Shown: in pieces, positions 34,959 to 46,170 of the stretch
Position numbering within the stretch: position 1 is the first letter of the stretch
Layout of the letters: every line of letters begins with the position of its first letter
Assembly: GCA_026936335.1 (NCBI GenBank)
Contig: JAPMXV010000009.1
Coordinates: 186,001 to 250,000 of the forward strand
From: Mantamonas sphyraenae STR306
Taxonomy: Eukaryota; Protista; CRuMs
Direction of reading: 5' to 3'
DNA: 64,000 nucleotides
The notes under the pieces: generated by a model
The model's input: only the letters and a program-made list of their open reading frames with translations
Told to the model about the DNA's origin: nothing
Databases searched by the model: none
Program-made: the position numbers and the translations under genes

Positions 34959-35625
34959 TCACATGGTGGAGCGAAGCCAATCGAGGACACTGGTGAGTCC
35001 TAGGCCCGTCTGGGCACTGCACTCGAGCAGTTGGATGGTCTGTGTGGCGTCTTCGATGACGCTCTGCAGTTCCAGGATGTTGTCTATGAGGCCCGAGGGC
35101 AGGCTAGCATCCAGATCCTGTTTGTTGAGTAGGACGAGGCATTCTTTGTTCTCGTTCTCCTCGGCGAGCAGGACGTTTGCCAGCTCCACGGCGCACTCGC
35201 TCATCTGCTGCGCATTGCTGCTGTCAATCACAAACTGCGCACCGTGTGTACACATGCATCCAGGCGTGTGAGCGTGAGTGTGTGTGTGTGTGTGATAGAG
35301 AGGCAGAGAGAGAGGGAGAGAGAGAGCCAGGGTATGGGAAGGAAGGGGAAACGGTTACCATCAGCGCCACCGAGTCCTTGTACCACTTGGGCCACACGGC
35401 AGTGAGGGCACCCCCGAGCTCACGCAGCTCCACGCGCATGTCTGCGTCCTCCAGGGACAGTTTTGTGAGTTCCGAGCCGACTGTGCTGCGTGTGTTGATG
35501 TCCTCAAAGTCGCTGTTGCCCTTGCTGAGCTCCCGTAGCCGTTTGGCCATCAGGGTCTTGCCACTGCCCTGGCAACCCAGCAGGAGAACCTTGTGCAGAG
35601 GCTCCTTCTGCTTTTTCTTCGACAT
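34959..35625 (-). CDS. ARL16: ADP-ribosylation factor-like 16 GTPase; intron 35358-35235
   Basis: P-loop GCQGSGKT, 'STVG', the ARL16-type 'RELGG' in place of WDxGG, and NKQD. Confidence 0.85.
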
Positions 35626-35694
35626 GGCACACAGTGGGGGCTAAATGTGGGCTGGCGCCAACCGCGCAAAAGGAACGGGGCACCTCTTGCGGCC

Positions 35695-36870
35695 ATGGAC
35701 GACTTTGCCATCGACATCTCTGCAGGCGCTGTGGATGCTCTGGGCAGAGAGTTGGATCCAGACACGCTTCTAGCCATGCTGCTTCAGCAAGAGGAATACG
35801 CCCTGGCGCGGAAACAACAGTTGTCGTCGTCCTCGTCCTCGTCCTCGTCGTCTTCGTCCAGTGCGTACAAGGGTCCCGTGGACGTGCAAGCCTTGTTGCA
35901 AAAGGCCACCCCTGACGGAGAAGTGTTTCCAGACGTGTTCCGCCTGCACGACCTGTTCATCGAGGCGTTTTGGGAGGAAGGGGATCTCGGGAACGCGATG
36001 CGTTCGGTGGAGCTGAAATGGAGCACAGACCGCATGACGCTGTGCGGAGGTGTCACAAAGCTGCAAAAGGGGAAGATTAGCATTGTGCTGAGCAAGCCTC
36101 TGTTGACACTTCGTCCCCTGAGTGACCTGTGCAACACCCTGGCGCACGAGCAGATCCACGCGGCAATGTTCTGCATGGGCATCCGAGACGACGAACCAAG
36201 TGGCCACGGAACGTTTTTCAAGCACCACATGCGTCGCATCAACGCACTGGCGGGCACAGAAATCACTGTGTTCCACACATTCAACGACGAGGTGTCGATC
36301 CATCGCAAGCATGCCTGGCGCTGCCAAAAGTGCCGCAAGGTGCTTCGCCGTGCAGCCAACAGGGAGCCAGACGAGGCTTGCTACACCTGTGGTGGCTTTT
36401 GGATCAAGATTGAACAGCCAGACGGGTATGTGGACAAACGGAAGAGCAAAAAGCGCTCCAGGTTCGTTGTCGGCAGCATTGTGCAGCAGACGACAGGCGA
36501 AGGGGGCGACACCAAGCGTGCACGAGTGCAAGTGGGCAAACAAAAGGCCACCCCAACCACAGTGGGAGGAAACCAAGGAGAGGACAAGCAGGCGACGTTC
36601 ATGAAGGGATGGCTCCAGCGAGCGTCAACGAGTGGCGAAGTGCACACGGAAGCAGAGGCAACTCAATCAGATGCCGTGGAACCTGTCCATCGCACGACGG
36701 CCGTGGAACCTGTCCATAGCACGACAGCCGACTCGGAAATCCTGGAAGGATCAAGCTCCACATGCAGCAGCTCACCCGCACCTGCGGAATCGCAGTCCTC
36801 CAAATCAGCCATGACAAGCGAACAGGTCGCACGCATGCGTGAAGCCCGGCTGAAGCGCTTTGGGTCATGA
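35695..36870 (+). CDS. SPRTN: Spartan/SprT-like DNA-protein crosslink metalloprotease
   Basis: 'MTLCGG', 'LSKPLLTLRP', HEQIH, 'GHGTFFKHHMRRIN', 'ITVFHTFNDEV', 'HAWRC', 'CGGFWIKI'. Confidence 0.85.
   Translation: MDDFAIDISAGAVDALGRELDPDTLLAMLLQQEEYALARKQQLSSSSSSSSSSSSSAYKGPVDVQALLQKATPDGEVFPDVFRLHDLFIEAFWEEGDLGNAMRSVELKWSTDRMTLCGGVTKLQKGKISIVLSKPLLTLRPLSDLCNTLAHEQIHAAMFCMGIRDDEPSGHGTFFKHHMRRINALAGTEITVFHTFNDEVSIHRKHAWRCQKCRKVLRRAANREPDEACYTCGGFWIKIEQPDGYVDKRKSKKRSRFVVGSIVQQTTGEGGDTKRARVQVGKQKATPTTVGGNQGEDKQATFMKGWLQRASTSGEVHTEAEATQSDAVEPVHRTTAVEPVHSTTADSEILEGSSSTCSSSPAPAESQSSKSAMTSEQVARMREARLKRFGS
36673..36726 (+). repeat. 27-nt tandem duplication inside SPRTN (AVEPVHRTT/AVEPVHSTT)
   Basis: gccgtggaacctgtccatcgcacgacg is followed directly by gccgtggaacctgtccatagcacgaca. 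Confidence 0.9.
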
Positions 36871-38028
36871 ATCTGAGTCCTGGATGCCCTGTTTGGCAAA
36901 AATCCAGTCGACCGCATCGAGGACTCCATGCACAACGACATCTGCGGGGAATTCAGAGTCGTTTGCGTCTGTGCCTCCCTCATAAACTCCTGTACATACA
37001 AGCACCGAGGTCCATCCGGCATTGTTTGCACCTTGGATGTCACTGACCGGGTTGTCCCCGACGCCGTAAACTATGCCCGAGAATGGGCTGTCTGTGGCAT
37101 CCCATTGGCCTTGCAACACAGTATGGCAACATTGATAGGTGAGTGCTTCTGGTTTGCCAATCATGGTGCTCTGCAGGGTTCGCCCGCAGGTGTATGTAAA
37201 GAGTGCCTGAAGGGCGTGGTGGAAAGCACCGGTGGTGAAGCGTGGGCGTGAATACACGGCACTGTACGTCATGTCTGGGTTGCACACAAACAGCTGTACG
37301 TATTGTGTGTCGATTCCAGCACTGTCCATCGGCACGGAGGGGCGTCCATCCTTGCTGGTCAAGAGATCGACACCCAGCTGCATGCAGGTTCGCCAATCAT
37401 CGGGCTCGTTCAACACAAAGATGGCATCCACGGGTGTCTCTGTTTGCAACTGGCCCTCGTCGGTGTAGCTGTCCTCGTCGTCCAGCTTGAGCCACGGGAA
37501 CAGCACCGGGTGCTGCTCCTGGTACTGCCTGGACGTGATCACGTTCTCGTAGCCATAATCCTGCGCAACAGCAATGAGGGTTTCATCGTCGTCGTTGCCC
37601 ATGAGAAGGACACGAGCGCTGGTGTCGAGCTGGTCGTGCACCTCGCGCAGCGGCGAATGCGCCATGACGAGCTTGTCGTCAAACGAGTCTGTGGTGCCTT
37701 TGGCCTCGCCCAGCAGCGCCTCCAACTTGGCCACCTTGGCTTCCTCTCGCCCGCCGCCGCCATTGGTCATGAAGCAGTACGGCACGCCAGCTCGAAGCAC
37801 TTTGGCCAGTGCTTCCGAAGCTCCTGGAAGCAGGCGTTTGCCGCCCCGCGTCAGTACGCCATCAACGTCAAAGGCAATGCCAAAGTTGAACTGGGATCCT
37901 TGGGTGTGGGTCGTTGTCATGCTGTTCCACCGTGTATGCGTGCGTGGGGTCGCCAGTGCAGGTCTTTGTGTGGGTGCCGAAGCGCTTGCGACGCCAACAT
38001 TCCAATCGGCAAGGTCTTGATCACCCAT
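36865..38028 (-). CDS. HAD hydrolase subfamily IIA, CECR5/HDHD5-like (start may be the ATG at 37920)
   Basis: 'FDVDGVL', 'MTNGGG', 'NPD', 'GKP', 'GDNPVSDIQGA', 'VLVCTGVY'. Confidence 0.88.
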   Translation of the reverse strand: MGDQDLADWNVGVASASAPTQRPALATPRTHTRWNSMTTTHTQGSQFNFGIAFDVDGVLTRGGKRLLPGASEALAKVLRAGVPYCFMTNGGGGREEAKVAKLEALLGEAKGTTDSFDDKLVMAHSPLREVHDQLDTSARVLLMGNDDDETLIAVAQDYGYENVITSRQYQEQHPVLFPWLKLDDEDSYTDEGQLQTETPVDAIFVLNEPDDWRTCMQLGVDLLTSKDGRPSVPMDSAGIDTQYVQLFVCNPDMTYSAVYSRPRFTTGAFHHALQALFTYTCGRTLQSTMIGKPEALTYQCCHTVLQGQWDATDSPFSGIVYGVGDNPVSDIQGANNAGWTSVLVCTGVYEGGTDANDSEFPADVVVHGVLDAVDWIFAKQGIQDSDS

Positions 38029-38212
38029 TTGGATTTGTCAGCCTCTCCCGGCACAAAGACACAAGGACAATCCGCCATGAGTGCACACAATCGCTTGATG
38101 CGGCTTTGGTAGGTTGGTCCGGGTCGAAAGGCGTTTTCGTGTCCCGACACGTGACCCTTGTTCGCTTGAAACTTTTTCCCCGTTTCGGGTGCACACACCC
38201 AGAAAAACGTGT

Positions 38213-40226
38213 ATGGAATGGGTACGGGTGTCGCCGTTAGTAGCACTGTCATGGTGCACGCAGTGGCCGGCGCGAGATGTGCTTGCCTAGTGCGGTGTGT
38301 CGGCCTGTCTGCTCGTGGCGTCTGTGGACATGAGTTGCACAGATGCGGTCAAAAAACACGCCGGTATCGCGCTCGATGCCTGAGCGAACAACGTGTGCAA
38401 CCAGTCCCACATCGTTTGTGTGGACCATACACACGTGTTGGTTGGGTTCTTGTTGCATGTTCCTTCCTCTGCTGGCCGTACAGCCGTTTGTGAAGTTCGC
38501 TCTCCATGGTCCTCGTCGCTGACTTTCCACCCTTGCAACACACACACACAACACAGTCTGCCCGTGCGTGAAGGGGAACCCAATTGTGACTACTACATGC
38601 GCACAGGAAACTGTGCGTATGGACTCAGTTGCATCTACAACCATCCACCGCGTGACAACGACGCCGAGACAATCCAGTCCGCAACCGGCAAAAAGAAGCA
38701 ACGCCAGCGGCCGCTATACACAGAGTAAGTGCAAGAGCGGCAAGCGGTCCCAGTGCATACAGAGGCATAGAGATCAATGCCGTGCAGTGATCTCCCAGCC
38801 CATGGGGCGTGTTCATGCGACAGTCCATGATGGACACGCGGGTTGTCGCAAAGTTCGTGAAGGAACCATTTTGCTCACGCCAGCTCGCTCGAAAATTGCT
38901 TCTACACCGAATCACAGTAACCTTCCCGTACGCGAAGACCAAGAGCCGTGCACTTTCTATATGAAGACGGGCAAGTGTGCATACGGAACCAACTGCAAAT
39001 TCAACCACCCTCCCGAACGTATCAAGGAGCTGGAGCTGGAGCTGCTGCAGGCGGTGGCGTCGTCCATGGGCTTGGCCGACACGGACACCCTGAGCACCAG
39101 CACGCCCAGGAGCGGCGACAATAGTGCCGCCAGCAGCGTGCAGAGCAGCCCTGCATCCAGCCGCAAGAGCTCACTGGATGCGGCGACCCCGTCTGCAGCC
39201 AGTGATGACCTGTGGTCGGCTGTGGCGACAAAGCGCGGTCGCTCGGCGTCTAGCAACTCACTTCAGATGTCCACCCGGCAGCAACGTTCGCAAGGACGCA
39301 AACACAGACACAACCGCAGTAGCAACAACCTTGTGCACAGTACCATCACGGAGGAGGACGAGGATGTCGACCAGGAATTGAGCCGGCAGCGTCAACAACA
39401 ACAACAGCACAACTCCTCCGGCAGTAGCCTCTACCGACTTGCTGGTGGGAACAACAACAACACCAACACGGCCACCAACCGAAGCACAAACAACACCATG
39501 TTTGCACGCAGTGGGTCCATGGACTCTCTGGCCATCGGCCGAAGCCCCAGTGCCACGTCCGAAAGCAGCGTGTCTGCGGATGAGCTGCTTGCATACAAGG
39601 AGTTTGCCGCCAGTGCCGTGTCGGCCAACGGAGTCAACAACTCGACGCTGTTTGGTGCTGTGCTGAAACGCCAGGGCAGCGACGGAAGCAACGCAAGCCA
39701 CACGAGCACTTCCAGCTCGGTGTCGCTGTTTGCCCATCCCCCTGGCATGCCCTCGCGCCCGCAAAGCAACTCCAGATCGCGGTCCAGCTCCACACTGCGT
39801 CACAGTTCAAGCGAATCCAACAGCACCGATGTCAAGAGCCGCCGCCGTCGCTCGGAGCAAATGTTGCCCATGACCAGCAGTCTGTTCAGCGGTTTTTCCA
39901 ACCTCCCGCTGAGCCAAGCCGGCAGCACATCGCCTCGCTCCACCAGCAGCGCACGCAGCTCTCCGCAGTCGCCTTACTTCCTGACCAGCGACCTGTTTGA
40001 CAACAACGACGACGAGGGCGACGGCAACGCGTGGAACAACAATCGTCCCACCCTGGCCAAACGAGCCACCTCGAAAGAGTACTCCGTATCAGAGCTACTC
40101 TCTGGCCTGGATTTCATCCACACCGAGCAGACAAAGGCGTACAGTCCCGCCCTGGCCAATATCCTGGGCGACATCGGTCTCAACGACGACGACGACGACG
40201 ATCCGTCCGATGAAGACGAGGACTGA
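38213..40226 (+). CDS. CCCH zinc-finger RNA-binding protein (two C-x8-C-x5-C-x3-H fingers) with Ser-rich tail; 5' exons uncertain, intron 38725-38917
   Basis: 'LPVREGEPNCDYYMRTGNCAYGLSCIYNHPP' and 'LPVREDQEPCTFYMKTGKCAYGTNCKFNHPP'. Confidence 0.75.
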
Positions 40227-40376
40227 TGCTGCCAACATGGAGGACACAAAAGCACAGCAAAAGTGAGCAAAGGTTGTTTGTTTGCGTGAGCGTGTGCGAG
40301 TGTGTGGGAATCCAATCATGTGTGCGCTCATCTGAAAATACAGATCGCTCGCACTGCTTCAAAACATTGCCTTCAT

Positions 40377-41159
40377 TCACCCGCTGCTGCTCGACTGCTC
40401 CTCTTGCTGCCCCTCTGCTTCACTTTGCGACATGCGCTCGCGGGTGATCTCGCAACCCACATAACCGGCCAGCTTGACTGCACGGGTCTTTTTGATGCAC
40501 ACGGTCGCCTTTGCGGCGTTAAAGTCCTCCAGGCACATGCCTACGTAGTCGGCTGCCAGCTTCTCCACCGTCTTGTACACGTTTGCATCGAGATGGGCTT
40601 CAAACGCTGACGAGACAGCCGCATAGTCGATGCTGCCGGCCACGTCGTCGTCGGCGCAGGTCGAGCTCACGTCGTCCCACAGGGTAACGTCCACCACAAT
40701 GGGCTGTGTGGTCAGACGCTCGTCGTCCGGCACGCCGATTTTCCCCACCAAATGCAGGTTGCTAATGAGCACCTGGTCCAGGATGCCCGTGGCGCCGTCC
40801 GCAAGCTGAGCCGCCGTCCGTGTGATTTCGCAGCCCACGTAGTCGGCCAGTTTCACAGCGCGCGTCTTTTTGATTCGCACAGAGGCCTTTTGCGCGCCAA
40901 AGTCGTTGACGCAGATGCACACGTACTCCATGGCCAGCTTCTCCACTGTTTTGTACACGTGTTCGTCCAGGAAGGCCTCCAGAGCAGAGGACACCGCAGC
41001 GTAGTCGATGCTCGTCGAAACGTCGTCGCTACTACCGGTCTCACGCGTGTCTGTCCACATCATCACGTCCACCACAATGGGCTGTGTCGTCAGCCGCTCC
41101 TCGTCCGGCACACCAATCTTGCCCACCAGGTGAAGGTCGCGAATCACAATGATATCCAT
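40377..41159 (-). CDS. folB: Dihydroneopterin aldolase with two tandem FolB domains
   Basis: Two copies of 'IGVPD[ED]ER...Q', 'SIDYAAV', 'TVEKLA', 'IKK..A...VGCEITR'. Confidence 0.88.
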   Translation of the reverse strand: MDIIVIRDLHLVGKIGVPDEERLTTQPIVVDVMMWTDTRETGSSDDVSTSIDYAAVSSALEAFLDEHVYKTVEKLAMEYVCICVNDFGAQKASVRIKKTRAVKLADYVGCEITRTAAQLADGATGILDQVLISNLHLVGKIGVPDDERLTTQPIVVDVTLWDDVSSTCADDDVAGSIDYAAVSSAFEAHLDANVYKTVEKLAADYVGMCLEDFNAAKATVCIKKTRAVKLAGYVGCEITRERMSQSEAEGQQEEQSSSSG

Positions 41160-41328
41160 TCCGTTTCAACTGCACCCACCCGTGCACACAGCACACAGCA
41201 CACAGCCATTTCCAACACACAACGCCTGTCCATTCCTTGTTTCAATTTTCTTCTCACGACTGTCCCCTTCCTGAATGTGTCAATTGCCCCCGCACGCTCC
41301 CCACCCCCCCCCCCCCTTCCACACCATG

Positions 41329-43033
41329 CTACACGTCGCCGAGGAAGCTCTCCAACCACTCGGAACCGAGATACGTGGCCACGGGTGCACTGAAGCGCAT
41401 GACGTCCTGTAGGTCCAGGCGGAGGGCGCGTGCACGACGAGCCTGAAACACCTCGTGGGACTTGCGCACCCTGGCGAGAGCATCGGGCACGCTGCCAAAC
41501 TTGCACACGTCCAACAGGATGGACTCCATGGCCACCACCATTTCCTCCAACTTTGCAACGTCCAACTCTCGATTGGCGCCCTGGTGTCCTCGTTTCGGCG
41601 TGTTGTTCGGCAGCCATTGCTCGTACGCGCCGGCCTGCTTGATGGCCGCATTCACCTGTGCGGCGCCAAAGCTGCCCAGCAGGTTGATGTATGCAATCAA
41701 CGTTGTCACTGCACTGCGTCCCGTCCGCAGTTGGCTTTCCAGCATGCGTTGCAAGATCTGCACCTGTCCACACTCCCGGATGCGCTTCTCCTGGCCATCC
41801 TCACCTCCACCCGCTGTCCCTGTCGATCCTGCAAGCAGGTCGTTGAGCACCCCGACGTCCATCTCGTCTCGTTCGCCACCCAGAATGTCCAACGTGTCGC
41901 TGCCGTCGTCCGTTGCCACACGGATCACCGTGCGCAGCAGCATGTAGTGTTCGCCAAGCATGTCCAACACCTCGTCTCGCTCCTCCTCTGCCTCGACCTC
42001 CATGTTGGCGTGTCTGCTGCGCTCCACAGGCACATGTGCCAATTGGAATCGCTCCAACAGCACGCTGTGGTGCCGCGCCATGCGCAGGAACCCGTCCAGG
42101 TTCACGCAACCCGACGGTGTCTCCTTGCGTGAACTGTCTGCTGCCAACACATACGCCGCCTGCAATCGCTCTTCCGGCAGGTTTGGGATCAACGAGTGCA
42201 GCAAAGCTGCCAGCTCGCTACGCTCCAGATACCCTCGCATCTCTGTGTCTGCCTCTGCAAACAGAGCCGCCAGGTGTTTGTCGTACGCAATGGCCAGACT
42301 CTGCACCTCTTCACACAATGCCTCTGCAAACCTGTTGAAATCCAGCTTGCGGATGCTCTTCCAGTCCACCATGTCCCGTTGCACCATCTGTGCGGCCACA
42401 AACGCCTTGTCGTCCTCATCCAACTCCTCCGAGATCTCGTCCAGGACCACGTTGAACGCTTCTTCAGCCGGCTGCGTCCGGTCTCCCAGCAGCGAGCGAG
42501 CCAACGCGGCCGCACGCACAATGTCGATCGTCTTTTCGATGCCCAGGATGTTGATGGCCGGCGGCGGATAGTTGTATCCAATGCGAAAGTCGTCGATTTG
42601 GTGGAGGGCACTCAGGTATGTGCCCAGGACACGCTCATCCCAGGTTTCCTGCAAAAAGTACGAAAACATGCGGATGGCCGCACAGTTGCCTTCCCACTCG
42701 CGCACAGACACAACCAGCACCGCTGTGTTCATGTCCACCAGTTTGCGCGACCCAAATCGCTTCTGCAGCCATGCAAACACAAACTCGGGCAGCGTTTGCC
42801 GCTCGCTCATGTCTCCATCCTCCAGCGCCGCCTCTTCCTCGTATTTGGCCCGGTACACCTCTCGGATCGTCCGACGCGTCCAGCCCAGGGTCTTTGCATT
42901 GACTTTGAGTCCGTGTTGAAGCAGCACTGCAACCAGACGTGCGTTGCGCAGTCGAAACGGTTGTTTGGAACGACGTGTCAAGTCCTGCACCCCATCGCCT
43001 CCATCTTTGTCGTCTCTGCTACTACTGCTGCTG

Positions 43034-43072
<39 letters not shown>

Positions 43073-46071
43073 CTGGTGTTTCCACCGCTGGCAAGGAGTG
43101 CCGAGAGTGCGTTTGTAGACAGGGGCCCTTGCGACTCCTCCGCGCCATCCGTGTCCCTGCGCACGTTGCGTCGCTTGTGCAACAGATCCTCCATCAGCTG
43201 CTTTCGCAACTGCAATCCGTGGTAATCCAGCTCCACGGTGTCCACCTGCACCTCTGCGTCGACGCCGCTGCTCTTCCCTCCCTTGCGTGCCTTTGAGCTC
43301 GTGCGACCTCGCTTCTGCCTCGACGACAGCTTCTTCCTGGCCCCCGATACAGCCGACATCGTATTGGCACCCGACGATGACGATGCACTCGCTTCATGCA
43401 CCTCCCTGCCGTCCTCCTCGTCCTCCACGGCAACCACCTCGGGTGACGCCGCACGTGACTCCATCTCCGACGCCGTCCCGTCTGTAGTTGTTGTCGTCGT
43501 CGCTGTCGACAGCATCCCGTCCACAGTGTCATCGGAAACCCCTTCCTGAGGTTGCACAGGCTGCTCAGAACCCGTTGCGGTACCCTCAGCCTGCAATTTC
43601 GTTGAGAGCGTCTGTGCGGATATCATCTTGCTTGCAGTGCGCTTTCGCTTGCGTCGCCTCGATGCACGTCCACTGCTGCTCTTGCGTGCCGATGTGCTGC
43701 TGCCACCCTCGTCATCCTGGCTTTCCGCTGTCTCTTCGCCTGCGCTACCGTCTGTGCCCTCGGCCTGGGCTCCCACGTCCGAGTGCACCACGTGACCCAA
43801 CGCAATCGATGCGTCTGCGTCGCTCAGTGCGTCCAAAGTCAACACGTCGCTGCCCAGAACAGCCACCGTGTCTTCCCCCTCTTCAGACACAACCACGGGC
43901 ACATCCATGCTCTCATTCATGTCCAAGTGTCGCGGGATGCCCTCTGCGTCAACCGTAAGGTCGGTTTGGAATCCGTTGGACTCCAGATGGATGCCCTTGC
44001 GCACTCGCCTGGCTGTTTCTTCCTTCCGCGTTTTGGCGTCGTCCTGCTGCCGCTTGTTCATCGCCTGCTGCACATAGTCCTTCCATCGCATGGTCCACTT
44101 GACGACATCGTTGCCACGTCCACGCAGACAGGCGTCGTGCACTTCCTCTGGGCTGAGCTGCGGAAGCGTGCGACGCCGCATCATCGCAGGCATGTCTCCC
44201 GATCCGCCGTCCACTTGGTAGTATTTGAAGCGCAGCTCCCAGTGCACCACGTCGATGTCTTTGGTCGATTTGATGCTGCGTAGTTCCTGCAGCGACTCCT
44301 GATCCAGGTACTCGTACCGCAGATGCGGTGCCCCTTCGGCACTCTGCTCGGCCAGCGCAAACGCCTGCTCGTCCAGCGTGTCTGTGACGTCGTGTGCCGC
44401 ACGTGTGCTGTCAATCAGCTCCTGCATGTCAAAGCCCTCCTTCAGAGTGCGCAGGAACGTCAGCGTATTGCTGCTACCCGGGTACAGCTCGTCGTTCTCT
44501 CGCGCCGCCTCTTTGGCCTGGTTGCGCACCTTGAGCTCGTACGAACGCAACACTTTGCGATTCTCCGCCACTTCTCGCTCTAATTCGTTCACTTTGGCCT
44601 TGAGCAGCTGCTCCGTGGTGAACCGGAAGGCCGCGTTCTCCCGCTCCGCCGCAGACAGCGAGTTGATCGACGTCCAAATGTCCGTTTCGCCCGTGCTTAC
44701 GTGTGCATCAATGGTGGCGTAGGCCTCGTCCAGTTTCTTTTGCATCTCTGCCAGCTGCGTGTTGAGTGTCTCGATGTGTGCATCTGCTCGTGCCAGCACC
44801 TTGTTTACATCCCCAAACACCTCGTTCAGGCCCGCGCGCACCTTGTCCAGGATCAGACCCCGTTCTGCCGTGTGGTGAAACACCTGACGCACGATTTCGT
44901 GCAACACCAGGTCCCACAGCGCAAACGGTTCCTGCAACAGCTCGATGCGATCGATGTCGGGAAATGCCATGCTGTCCACATCCTGCGGCTGCTGCGATCG
45001 CTGCTGCTTCTGCTGCGCGCGTTCATCCAGCATCTTTTGGAGCACCTGACCCAAGATGATTGCTTCGGAGCGAGACGAGGGTGTGTTTGTGGGGAAACGC
45101 AACACTCGCCACAAACCCGTGTCTGGGCACTGGCTGATCTGCTCCGTCTCCGACGACAACATGGCGGGCAACACAGCCGTTTCGTACTCGTGGAAGCGGT
45201 CGGGCATGCGCGTTTTGGGCATGGCAAGCTCACGTCCCACGCCTCCCACAAGCTGATTCAAGAGCGCCATGTTGTGCGTGTCCTGCGCCTCTCGTGCTTC
45301 TTCCTCCCCATCTGTCTGCTTCTCACCGCCCGTGTGTCGTGTCGCCCCCGATGCTTTGTGTGTGTGTCTTCCCGACGCCGACGAACGTGTGTTGCGCACG
45401 CGTTCCGAAGCAGAGAAGCGTCGCGACACCAGATCCGCCTCCACCTGCTTCCGCCGCTTCTCGCGGTCGTACCTCGCACTCTTGCTCATATCCTGCTGCT
45501 GCTGTGATGGTTGGGTGCCTTTCTTGGGCGTGTAGGGTGTGTCGAGAATCCCTTGGCTTGTGCTGGTGCTGCCGGTGTGGTGGGGATTATTCAACAAAGG
45601 CGCCCCGTCCTGCAAATTGCGTGCTGCCATGGAGCCCCGTTCATGCTTGCGACGTGCACCTGTTCCTCGCTTGCGTGTGTTGCCGCCTCCTGTGCGTCCA
45701 TGTGACCCTCCGCCTGTTCCTCCTCCTCCGAAGCGATTGCTCACATCCAGCCGAGGCGACAGGTTGCTGTCGGCAATAATACGAAACACCTGATCAAACG
45801 CATCCTTGAGAGGCATCTCGCTTGAGCTTGTCAGCGATGCCTGCAGCTCGGAGATGGACTGACGGATCTCATAGTCCGTTTTCAGACCCTCGAGTTTGCT
45901 CAACGGCGACACCTGCTCCTCAGCCTCTCTTTCCTCTTCCAGCTCCTTGCGCCGTGCTTCACGACGTGCAAGCTCCGCCTCCTCCTCTGCCATCACCTGC
46001 TCCTCCATCATCTGTCGCCACATCCTACTCTGCTGCTCGATGCTCAGCTCCTCGTGCCCTGGGCGGTGCAT
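41329..46071 (-). CDS. Axonemal dynein light chain domain protein (AXDND1-like) with C-terminal TSNAXIP1-like region and degenerate EF-hand
   Basis: 'FPTNTPSSRSEAIILGQVLQKML...LHEIVRQVFHHTAERGLILDKVR', 'LPEFVFAWLQKRFG...IRMFSYFL', 'LFAEADTEMRGYLERSEL'. Confidence 0.65.
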
Positions 46072-46170
46072 CTTGCGTGTGAGCTCGGGTAACGGCACGT
46101 CCGTCCGCGTGTTTCGCGGGCCTCTACACACACATGCACATCCCCCGTCCCTGGCAATCCCTCTCTTTGC

